From Chitinophagales bacterium (GTDB lineage: Bacteria > Bacteroidota > Bacteroidia > Chitinophagales > JADIYW01), in NCBI GenBank assembly GCA_035515235.1, contig DATJBS010000011.1:5288-69287 (forward strand): DNA of 64,000 nt, written 5' to 3'. Below, piece after piece: positions 19,187-27,419 of the stretch (the first letter of the stretch is position 1; each line of letters begins with the position of its first letter). The position numbers and the translations under genes were made by a program. The notes beneath the pieces were generated by a model, which saw nothing but the letters and a program-made list of their open reading frames with translations, made no database searches and was not told the DNA's origin.

Positions 19187-19489
19187 TCACAAATTTTCAA
19201 TATTATTACGGATGTTCTTCTCAAACTCTTCAATTTCATTGTAACCAATGGCAAAAAGCAACAAAACCAAAGAAATTATGGCTGGTAAAAACATTTTCAA
19301 AATGCTATCCTTACCACTTGAATGGTCATGTCCGTCTTCATCAGAATGATTATCTGCCTTTTTTTCTTTAAAAACAGGTTCATCAGTTGCACAACAACCC
19401 ACTTCTTTCTGTTCTTTTTTTAATTGTTTGTCAGCCTCAAAATTTATCTTTTCTTCTTGTGTACAACAAAGTTGTTGACCGTTTTTGTC
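19187..19489 (-). pseudogene. fragment resembling the N-terminus of a heavy-metal P-type ATPase (CC / His-Asp-rich region plus first TM), no ATG at frame start
   Basis: The open frame runs from 19489 and reads ...QLCCTQEEK...VGCCATDEP...HSDEDGHDHSSGKDSILKMFLPAIISLVLLLFAIG. The track ORF begins at GTG 19402. The frame ends after an EIEEFEK tail shared with ORF 16962..17627. Confidence 0.4.
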
Positions 19490-19662
19490 TTATATATGTT
19501 TATGCTCCATTTATTGCAGGGTGTTCTAGATGTAAGCTATCATTTTGCAGATACTCGAAGAACGGAACTTTCCCTATAAAAGTTAATGCGAAAACCAATG
19601 TTTGATTAATCGCAAAATTGTTAATTTCATTGTTTGTGTGCTTATTGGGTGTGGTGAGGCAG

Positions 19663-19860
19663 AGTTAACGGGCCACGTATTGGCGATAGTGGCGGATTAG
19701 AAAGTTTAAACTCTCAATCTTGCACTAAGAAAAGCAATAGCCTTTTATTATTTTCTAAATTTATAAAAAAAGAAAATATAAAAGACTGTTGCGACTAAAA
19801 AAGGAGAAACTTTCAATTTCTCCCTTAAACCGCCATTTTGTCAACACGGTGTTATGTGTA
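19663..19860 (-). repeat. attC-like imperfect palindrome (long central loop)
   Basis: Minus-strand reading gives TACACATAAC-ACCGTG..AAAATGGCGGTTT, a centre of ~120 nt, then CTAATCCGCCACTATCGCC..GGCCC-GTTAACT. TGGCGG pairs with CCGCCA. Confidence 0.65.
19796..19824 (-). terminator. Rho-independent terminator-like hairpin inside the loop of element 19663..19860
   Basis: Minus-strand reading gives GGAGAAA-TTGAAAG-TTTCTCC followed by TTTTTT. Confidence 0.45.
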
Positions 19861-19911
19861 GTTTTTTTGAGGGTATTTTCCTTTGTTTTCTTTTTATTTG
19901 AATATTATTTG

Positions 19912-19936
19912 TATATTTGCAAGGGAAATTTCCCTT
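19912..19936 (+). promoter_or_regulatory. Bacteroidota-type -7 box plus perfect 16-bp palindromic operator upstream of the HTH-ImmA gene
   Basis: TATATTTG (TAnnTTTG) lies at 19912..19919. It is directly followed by AAGGGAAATTTCCCTT at 19921..19936, 12 nt before the ATG at 19949. Confidence 0.55.
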
Positions 19937-19948
19937 AATTTTGATTAT

Positions 19949-21130
19949 ATGAATATTGAGAGTTTATTAAATTCCATATTTTCAGATACAAATTATAATA
20001 TTAAAAATGTTTTTGAACAGAAGCTTAACGAATACAATCTAAGTAGAACTAAGGCTTTAAAACTATTGAATATTGATAAAGATGTATTTGATGAAATTTT
20101 AAATGGAACAGCAAAACAACCAAATTTAATACATATTGTAAAGATTGCAGAGTTTTTAGGAATAGAAGTCAATAGCTTTATAAATATTGTATTAAAAAAT
20201 CAAAGTGCTGAGAATATTTCAGCAATTGATAGTGCTAGAAAAGCTACGTTTCTTGTTAAAAACTTTGATGTAAAAGCGCTTACAAAACTTGGCTTTTTTG
20301 ACGCAGATTATACGACTGAAGAACTTGTAAATAAGGTTTTAGATTATTTTGGTTATACTTCAATTAATGATTTTGAAGAACAATTAGAAGAACCTTTGTA
20401 TAGTAGGGTTAAAAAGAATCATTCAGATAAAATGAAAGATTTTTGGATAAAATCCGCTTATCAAACTTTTAAGGTTATTAATAATCCGAATGATTATAAT
20501 CGAGAAAGATTAAAAGACTTAATTGTGAAAATTAAGCCTTATAGTCAAGATGTCGGTAATGGTTTGTTGACTGTCTGTAGAGCATTATATAATATTGGAG
20601 TTACTGTAATCTTTCAAAATTATTTGACAACTACTCAAGTTCGAGGTGCGACCTTTATAATAAACGACAAACCATGTATTGTAATTACTGATTTCAATAA
20701 AGTTTATCCAACACTTTGGTTTACATTATTGCATGAACTTAATCACGTTTTGTTTGATTATGATACAATTGAAAAAAGTAGTTACCACTTGTCAGATGAT
20801 AATGACTTATTCTTGATTGAAGATCAAGCAAATTCATTTGCTAGAAATTTCTTTCTATCTGAAGAAAAGTTCAAGTACATTAAGAAATACATTAATAATC
20901 CCTATTTAGTGTCAAAGTTTGCAAATGAGATTGAAGTTCATCCTTCAATTGTTTATTCTTTTTTTACATGGTATCAGAAAGAATTATACAATAAGAATTA
21001 TCATGCTGCTTTCAGAGAATATTATCCGGATTACAGTAATGCAATTTCCAAATTAAATCCAATAACTTGGAATGAAGCAAGCATTAAGGAAGCAAGTGAA
21101 AAAATTAAATCAGTTTTAGAATTAAATTAA
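19949..21130 (+). CDS. HTH (XRE-type) + ImmA/IrrE-family metallopeptidase fusion
   Basis: N-terminal HTH (LSRTKALKLLNIDKDVFDEILNG...IVKIAEFLGIEVNSFI) and the HExxH motif LLHELNHVLFD. The start is set at the internal ATG at 19949 (MNIESLL). Confidence 0.75.
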   Translation: MNIESLLNSIFSDTNYNIKNVFEQKLNEYNLSRTKALKLLNIDKDVFDEILNGTAKQPNLIHIVKIAEFLGIEVNSFINIVLKNQSAENISAIDSARKATFLVKNFDVKALTKLGFFDADYTTEELVNKVLDYFGYTSINDFEEQLEEPLYSRVKKNHSDKMKDFWIKSAYQTFKVINNPNDYNRERLKDLIVKIKPYSQDVGNGLLTVCRALYNIGVTVIFQNYLTTTQVRGATFIINDKPCIVITDFNKVYPTLWFTLLHELNHVLFDYDTIEKSSYHLSDDNDLFLIEDQANSFARNFFLSEEKFKYIKKYINNPYLVSKFANEIEVHPSIVYSFFTWYQKELYNKNYHAAFREYYPDYSNAISKLNPITWNEASIKEASEKIKSVLELN

Positions 21131-21136
21131 GATATT

Positions 21137-21673
21137 ATGTCAAATAAAGAAATAAAAAAACAAGAAGGGCTTTCTCAAGCCGATATAGAAAGATTAGAAC
21201 TTTTACAAAAAGCTAATGAAAAAATAGGAAAGCAATTGACTATAAATTCTGAATCTGGAAATCTTGAAGAATTTGATGAATTAAGACAATTAGTTGGGAA
21301 AGAATTTGAAAATCCTGAAGAAAAATACAACTTGTATTATGTGGGAATAAGAAGATTACTAATGGGTTATTTACCAAAAGGCAAGGATAATAAGCAATTA
21401 AGAGAAATTATTTATGATGAAAAAAATGTTTTTTTGAATTTAGGTAAGAAGAAATCGGATAATAACGGGATACGTAAATCTGATGGAAGAATGACTTATC
21501 AACCAGTAATGAATGAAATATTAGATATAATCATCAAGTGGGTAGGAGAGTCTCAAAATCCTTTCGATTTATATAGAGATTTCTATGAGTTGAATGAAAA
21601 ACATGGATACGGTCATGAGGTTTATGATGATAGTACACAAAGTGTAGCGAAAGCAATGTTAGCTTTAAGCTGA
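21137..21673 (+). CDS. hypothetical protein, co-oriented partner of the HTH-ImmA gene
   Basis: 178-aa ORF 6 nt downstream of the preceding stop. No motif recognised. Confidence 0.5.
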   Translation: MSNKEIKKQEGLSQADIERLELLQKANEKIGKQLTINSESGNLEEFDELRQLVGKEFENPEEKYNLYYVGIRRLLMGYLPKGKDNKQLREIIYDEKNVFLNLGKKKSDNNGIRKSDGRMTYQPVMNEILDIIIKWVGESQNPFDLYRDFYELNEKHGYGHEVYDDSTQSVAKAMLALS

Positions 21674-21707
21674 AGCTAGAATTTTACTACGATGCTTTTA
21701 GAAAAAT

Positions 21708-21756
21708 TACACATAACTTGTTTATATGCGCTACAAATTAGCGCAAATACAACCAT
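21708..21756 (-). repeat. GTT-box arm of an attC-family element (upper boundary of array 1)
   Basis: Minus-strand reading gives GGTTGTATTTGCGCTAATTTGTAGCGCATATAAACAAGTTATGTGTA. It is homologous to the arm of 16776..16925 and contains the GCGCTA/TAGCGC hairpin. Confidence 0.55.
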
Positions 21757-21928
21757 AGATAGATGGATATGTGATATTTTATAGCTTAATATATTTTAAA
21801 AATAAACAATATATCTTATTAATCTTAGAGGGAGATTTTATAATTCTGAATCTAATCTCTTCATTCAATTCTATGATGGATATTTAAAAAGTTTTGATAT
21901 GAGATAAATTCATTATTTTTAGAATACC

Positions 21929-24607
21929 ATGAAAAGATATTTCTGTCTATTGTTCTCCGTGTTATGCTTGACTTCTGCATTCTCGTCTGATGCAATCAAT
22001 AATTTGTCGAATATTGAGCAGCAGAAAATTACCTATCAGCAAGCGAATTACGCAAGAGATGGTTCTAATTATGATGGTACGAATGCCAGTAATTTTTTAG
22101 ATACGATTCCTAAAGGATTGGTCAATAACGTCAAAGGAATTCCAACAGGTGGAGATGAATACGTCATTGCACATATCAAAGGTCCAGCTGTTTTGGAAAG
22201 AATTTGGAGTGCGGATGTGAAAAATAACGAAGCACTTCTAAATTTCTATTTTGATGGTGAAATCGTTCCTAGATTTTCTGCTTCTATTGCTCAAATTTTC
22301 TACCAAAAATCTACTTTATTTGATGATAATTTAGCGAAAAATGTATTTGAAAGTTCCGGTGGAAATACTTTATATGCTTCGCTTTTGATAAAAAATGACC
22401 TCATCATCACGTCCGAGACGAATATGTATTATCAGGTGAGCTATACGATGTTACCAAAGGATACCATGATAGCATCTTGGACGAATACGAATGATGAGTT
22501 GCAATCAGATTTGTTTGCTTTAAGTGGAACTTATCCTAAATCTAATTCGGCAAGTTTAAATATTAAAAACATTGTTCACTCTATACCAGCTCAAGGGAAA
22601 GTGGAAATATTTAATAGCAATCGACCCGGAACGGTGGAAGGTATTGAAATGAATATCAAGGATTTGAATTTTGATTATGCCGAGAGAATTTATGATGAAG
22701 GGAATGTGAGAAAAGGAATATCCTTTTTTAAAATGAAGATAAATGGTCAAGCAGATTCCTTGTATTTAGTCAATAGAATGAATAAAAACAGTATTCTAGG
22801 CACTTTAAAAAATTGTAGCGCTAATGTTTTTGTAGATAATAAATTAGTGGGTACTTGGTTCGTGGAGGATTATAGAGATTTTCATTTTTGGGAAGATGAG
22901 CGGTTTTATATTCCTAAATCTTTCTACCAAGGCAAAAACAGTATAAACATAAGTGTACAATATCTATCTGGTGAAATTTGGAATGAGTTTAAATATCAGA
23001 CGATTTGCGACCAAATTATTACAGATGAATTAGATATTAAGAACACTGCAAGCCAAAATAGTCATGGATATATTGTAACCGGAGTGCAAGGAGGGGTGTT
23101 GAGTGAGTTTACTTCAAAAGCGACTGCTAGATATCGATCGCCTAGAAATGTCCAAAGAAAAAATCAACAGATTTTAGACAGTTTATACATTTCAGTTTAC
23201 TATGATGGCGCCACTCTTCCTAGTATTCATGCGCCAATTGGTTTGTTTTTCGGTGCAGGAACCAATGATGCAGCATATATGAATGCTTTATTGATGGGAA
23301 ATCATCAGAAGACCTATTTTAATTATATGACGATGCCATATTGGGAAAATGTAAAAATTGAATTGGAGAATTTTTCTTCTGTTACTATTGACAGTATTTT
23401 CAATACGATACTTTATACCAATAATGACTTAGATAAAAATGCACATGGATATTTGAAAGCGTATGTTGGTCAGGAGAATAAACTAGCTAATGATCCTACA
23501 GATTATACTTTTTTAGAAGCTTCGGGTAAAGGTAAAGTAGTGGCTTTTGTACTTCAAGGTGTTCAAGATACGGTCATTCGTGGACCTTATTCTTATTTGG
23601 AAGGAGATGAGCGAATCTATATCGATGATGCTCAGACGCCTTTTATATATGGCACAGGCACGGAGGATATTTTTAATGGAGGCTTTTATTTTGTACTAGA
23701 TGAATTTTGTTTGCCTTTGGGTGGGACGTCTAATTCTGATGAAAATCTAAATAGAAATATGTACAGAATTTACTTGAATGATGCTATTTATTTCAGAAAG
23801 AATATCACCGCAAATATTGAACATGGACCTATCAACGATCAGCAAGCATTGTATCATTCTATCTGTTTTTACTATTGGCAAAACGACACGATGTTTGCTC
23901 TAACTGACAGTTTAGATATTGGAAAAATTTCTAGTGAAAATGCTCATCAATATACTATACAAGGTCAAAGTACGATAATCAATAAGTCTTCTTATTTCGA
24001 AGGAAGTTTTGATAAAATTTTGAAAAGTCAGGATGGTAGAATTGTACAAGATGCGGAAGAATTTATGGTAAAAATTCAACCCAATAATGTTGGAGTTCGA
24101 TTATTGAGAACCTTTGATTATAGTTTAAAAAATCAAACTGCTGATGTGTATGTCAATGATATATTTGTTGGGACTTGGTTGAATGCTGGAAGTAATACTA
24201 TTCAACAATTTAGAGATGATTATTTCGCTATACCTCAAAAATTTACCAAAAATGAATCTCAAATTAAAGTCAAAATTGTAGCTAAAAATAATTGGACCTC
24301 CTTGAAATATAAGGTTTATACTTTGCTAGAAGAAAGCGTTCCGACAGCAAAAAATGAAAGTGTGATTTCCAAAATTTCAGTTCAACTTTATCCAAATCCT
24401 ACTCATGAGATATTGAATATTTCTTTGGTAGATCAACTGATTAAAACTGTGAATATTTACCAAATGGATGGAAAATTAGTGCAAACTTTCCAGGTGAATG
24501 ATCGTAATTTAAAGATAGCGGTCCATCAATTTCCTAAAGGAATCTATTTGGCAGAAATCATTACCCTTTCAAATGATTCGGTCACAGAGAAATTTATAGT
24601 GGAGTAG
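21929..24607 (+). CDS. DUF2961 (GH172-like) domain protein with T9SS C-terminal sorting domain
   Basis: 892 aa with a signal peptide. YGTGTEDIFNGGFYF motif. The C-terminus LYPNPTHEILNISL...GIYLAEI is a Por secretion tail. Confidence 0.6.
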   Translation: MKRYFCLLFSVLCLTSAFSSDAINNLSNIEQQKITYQQANYARDGSNYDGTNASNFLDTIPKGLVNNVKGIPTGGDEYVIAHIKGPAVLERIWSADVKNNEALLNFYFDGEIVPRFSASIAQIFYQKSTLFDDNLAKNVFESSGGNTLYASLLIKNDLIITSETNMYYQVSYTMLPKDTMIASWTNTNDELQSDLFALSGTYPKSNSASLNIKNIVHSIPAQGKVEIFNSNRPGTVEGIEMNIKDLNFDYAERIYDEGNVRKGISFFKMKINGQADSLYLVNRMNKNSILGTLKNCSANVFVDNKLVGTWFVEDYRDFHFWEDERFYIPKSFYQGKNSINISVQYLSGEIWNEFKYQTICDQIITDELDIKNTASQNSHGYIVTGVQGGVLSEFTSKATARYRSPRNVQRKNQQILDSLYISVYYDGATLPSIHAPIGLFFGAGTNDAAYMNALLMGNHQKTYFNYMTMPYWENVKIELENFSSVTIDSIFNTILYTNNDLDKNAHGYLKAYVGQENKLANDPTDYTFLEASGKGKVVAFVLQGVQDTVIRGPYSYLEGDERIYIDDAQTPFIYGTGTEDIFNGGFYFVLDEFCLPLGGTSNSDENLNRNMYRIYLNDAIYFRKNITANIEHGPINDQQALYHSICFYYWQNDTMFALTDSLDIGKISSENAHQYTIQGQSTIINKSSYFEGSFDKILKSQDGRIVQDAEEFMVKIQPNNVGVRLLRTFDYSLKNQTADVYVNDIFVGTWLNAGSNTIQQFRDDYFAIPQKFTKNESQIKVKIVAKNNWTSLKYKVYTLLEESVPTAKNESVISKISVQLYPNPTHEILNISLVDQLIKTVNIYQMDGKLVQTFQVNDRNLKIAVHQFPKGIYLAEIITLSNDSVTEKFIVE

Positions 24608-24729
24608 GGGAGATTGGTTTTACTTTTTTATTACAATTATCTTGTTTTAATTGAATTGCATATATAGAGAGAAGAGCTCTTTTTATTATGACTTGCGCTA
24701 TGTTTTTTTTTATTATTAGCCAATTACAT

Positions 24730-25233
24730 TTATTCGAATAATGTTTTTATAGTATTCATTGGTAGAAACATTTTTCCGCTATCTGGTAATTTAATAAAAC
24801 CATATTTATGATAAAATCTTTCTGCAAGTTCATCAATAGGGTCAACTACAACTGCAAACGAACCTATACTTTTTGAAATCTCATAGCTTCTCCTTAAAGC
24901 ATCAATCAATAATAGTTTTCCTACTCCTTGTTTTTGAAATCGATTATCTATTGCCAAACGTCCGAGTAGAGTAGAAGGTATAGATTTATAAGAATTAGGT
25001 AGTTTTTTTTGAAATTCTTCTGGGATTAATTCTTGTGCTAAACTGTTATTCGCTAAAGTATAATAGCCTTTTAGTAAATCTGTTTCTTTGTCAATTAGCA
25101 CAAAGCAGGCAGATAGTTTTCTTTTGATGTCTTGATTGGCTTGTTTGTGCAAATAATCATCCAACATTTCATTCCCACACGAAAATTCTTTTTTTCTATG
25201 ATTAGAATTTAAGATTTCTGTCAGTTCGTTCAT
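24730..25233 (-). CDS. GNAT-family acetyltransferase toxin (TacT/KacT-like)
   Basis: 167 aa. RLAIDNRFQKQGVGKLLL acetyl-CoA motif. A 4-nt overlap links it to the upstream DUF1778 gene. Confidence 0.8.
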   Translation of the reverse strand: MNELTEILNSNHRKKEFSCGNEMLDDYLHKQANQDIKRKLSACFVLIDKETDLLKGYYTLANNSLAQELIPEEFQKKLPNSYKSIPSTLLGRLAIDNRFQKQGVGKLLLIDALRRSYEISKSIGSFAVVVDPIDELAERFYHKYGFIKLPDSGKMFLPMNTIKTLFE

Positions 25234-25520
25234 TTAGATAAAAGAGCTTTGTATTCATTTGCAGCGTTAGTAAGATTTTTATTTGCTTTCGGTGAATTAG
25301 TAATTGCATCAAAAAATATATCACTATCTCTTTTTGAAGCAATAGTCTGCTCATTTTCCGATATAATTTCTTTAGCTTTTTCTTGAACAGCCATAACAAC
25401 AAAATCTGTTAAACTTCTGTAACCACCAACTCGAGCAGCACGTTCAAAATATATTTTTTGTTCTTTTGATAAACGTGTATCAAATCTAGCTTTTTCTTGT
25501 TTTAATTCTTTTGTAGCCAT
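25230..25520 (-). CDS. DUF1778 (TacA-like) antitoxin
   Basis: 96 aa. FDTRLSKEQKIYFERAARVGGYRSLTDFVV is a typical RHH DUF1778 pattern. Confidence 0.8.
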   Translation of the reverse strand: MATKELKQEKARFDTRLSKEQKIYFERAARVGGYRSLTDFVVMAVQEKAKEIISENEQTIASKRDSDIFFDAITNSPKANKNLTNAANEYKALLSK

Positions 25521-25522
25521 AA

Positions 25523-25595
25523 TTGTAAATTTACAACAATTAAATGTACGCTTTTATTACGTACAATTCAATATTGTGTACGGTAATTTTCCGTA
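25523..25595 (-). promoter_or_regulatory. candidate operator region of the TA pair (three palindromes)
   Basis: TTGTAAATTTACAA is a perfect 14-bp palindrome at 25523..25536, abutting the ATG. GTACG-n9-CGTAC lies at 25546..25564 and TACGG-n7-CCGTA at 25579..25595. Confidence 0.45.
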
Positions 25596-25652
25596 TATAA
25601 TGTTTTTTATGTATTGTGGCTCACATTTTATAGCTACAATAAGAGCGAAATT

Positions 25653-25763
25653 TTATAACAAAACTGGACTTGAATAACCAATGTTTGATTAATCAAAAAG
25701 CTGACTCTGGAACACGAAACCACAACTATTACCCATATAATATTAGTAGTACTGTTTTAATAC
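25653..25763 (-). repeat. attC-family element
   Basis: Minus-strand reading gives GTATTAAAAC-AGTAC (the ORF stop codon TAA lies inside the box), then GGTTTCGTGTTCC (family core), GATTAATCAAACATTGGTT and GTTTTGTTATAA. Its start resembles that of element 10816..10904. Confidence 0.5.
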
Positions 25764-26224
25764 AACGAATTAAGTTTTGCAATAATTTTTACAATTTTTT
25801 CTACTTTCTGATTTTCAGTAGCGGATGAATTTATGCTTTGAATTATTTCATTCTGCTCTTCAATTTTGAGTTTCTTGAATATATTTAATACTTCAGCATC
25901 TTTGAAGCATTCAATAATTATTTCATTCTCATTCTTTTTTGTATTTCTATTTTCAAGATAGAGTGTAACTGTAACGATGTCGCCACCTTTTTTATTGATT
26001 GCTTTTCGAATCTCACTATTTACCGAAAGCATTTTATCTTCGCCTTTTATAGGAGCAAGGTTTCTTGCTTTAATTTTAAAATCATCAATGGAACCTGAAA
26101 CTTTAATATCACCCCATTTCCCTTCAATATCTTTTGAATTTGGAATACGTAAATGGTATGTCCAAGCTCCTTTTCCTGGTTGGTGCTTTAATTCAAGCTT
26201 TTCGTCTTTTATAATATATTCCAT
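25757..26224 (-). CDS. YdeI/OmpD-associated family protein (DUF1905-containing)
   Basis: 155 aa. GKGAWTYHLRIP...IKVSGSIDDF...SVNSEIRKAINKKGGDIVTVTL. Confidence 0.6.
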   Translation of the reverse strand: MEYIIKDEKLELKHQPGKGAWTYHLRIPNSKDIEGKWGDIKVSGSIDDFKIKARNLAPIKGEDKMLSVNSEIRKAINKKGGDIVTVTLYLENRNTKKNENEIIIECFKDAEVLNIFKKLKIEEQNEIIQSINSSATENQKVEKIVKIIAKLNSLY

Positions 26225-26558
26225 TTTTTATAAGATAGTCTTTTAGCCTTGCCGCTAGATCTTTTAAACCCACTACAAATTATTTCATATTCAACCATAA
26301 AAGGATGTATATAAGATATTTCTTAGAGCGAAATCTTTTAAATGTACTTATTAAATTTCAATCTATTATTTCAAAAAAATCATGCTGTTTTGAAGAAGTT
26401 AATCATGAGTTCTAATAGATGTTTTTGTTCCATTCGAAATTTCATTTTCTACATTTTATTCCTATTTAAACCTGTAGTTTGAATTGGTTTATTTCAAGGC
26501 TCAATGAAACTTGATTGTACATTGTTCGTATATTTTAATACACTAAAGACTAAACGAG

Positions 26559-27101
26559 ATGAACGATAGAAAAATTTCAGAAAAAATGGAACAATTACTT
26601 AATAAACAAATGACTAGAGAAGCCTATCAAGCTCAAGTTTATTTGTCTTATGGTTCTTGGGCTGAGGTGAATAGTTTTAATGGTATTGCAACTTTCTTAT
26701 ACAAGCATTCTAATGAAGAAAGAGAACATATGTTTAAATTTCTTAAATACATTAATGATAGAGGCGGAAGTGCAACAATTGAAGCCATAGATGCTGCTCC
26801 TGTTAACCCTAATAATATCGGTGAGTGTCTGAATGCAATTTTAAGACATGAAGTTGAAAATTCAAAAGAGATCAATAAGATTGTAGATCTAGCACATGAA
26901 GAAAAGGATTGGGCTACTTTTAATCTTGGACAATGGTTTGTAAAAGAACAAATAGAAGAGGAAACCTTAATTAAAGATATTATTGATAAGTATAATCTCG
27001 CTTCAACAGAGATCAGTAAGAATCATAATCTTTATGATATGGATAAAGACTTAGCAACTGCTTCTCAAGAAGCTACTATACCAAGAGAGGAAAATATCTA
27101 A
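26559..27101 (+). CDS. ftnA: non-heme ferritin
   Basis: 180 aa. REAYQAQVYLSYGSWAE...EEREHMFKFLKYINDRGG ferroxidase-centre pattern. Confidence 0.85.
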   Translation: MNDRKISEKMEQLLNKQMTREAYQAQVYLSYGSWAEVNSFNGIATFLYKHSNEEREHMFKFLKYINDRGGSATIEAIDAAPVNPNNIGECLNAILRHEVENSKEINKIVDLAHEEKDWATFNLGQWFVKEQIEEETLIKDIIDKYNLASTEISKNHNLYDMDKDLATASQEATIPREENI

Positions 27102-27163
27102 TGTATTAGATTTTTTGATTAAAATTTTAAATAATAGCATCAAACTATTATAGAAATTTTGTT

Positions 27164-27205
27164 AGCCAAATTTTCGTTGAATATTCAGAAAGTTTGGCTT
27201 TTTTC
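27164..27205 (+). terminator. Rho-independent terminator after ferritin
   Basis: AGCCAAA...TTTGGCT stem, extended by inner pairing, followed by a T-run. Confidence 0.7.
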
Positions 27206-27419
27206 TTTTCAATCTGTTTGTGCAAATGTCCAAATTTGACTACTAAAAATTTCTTCCCATAAATTTAAATCTCTTAAGCATTCAGTTTCAAAGTATATCG
27301 GTAAGCAAATAAAAGATCATATTTTCTGAGGGAGACCAAATGTCTGTTGCGCTTCTTCTGGTTTCTATTTAGATTGAATAAGTCTAATTAAAAGGCATTC
27401 CTTCTTAAAATATATTATT

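Larger units (their letters stand above)
10816..21756 (-). mobile_element. integron-like gene-cassette array 1 (about 8-9 cassettes; no integrase in window)
   Basis: Unidirectional small ORFs are each followed by an attC-family element. Register-shifted box complementarity occurs at four consecutive-type junctions (see findings). Confidence 0.6.

Noticed and set aside
25202-25402. 66-aa minus-strand ORF overlapping the toxin-antitoxin junction
   Set aside because: It is out of frame with, and fully covered by, the well-supported DUF1778 and GNAT genes.
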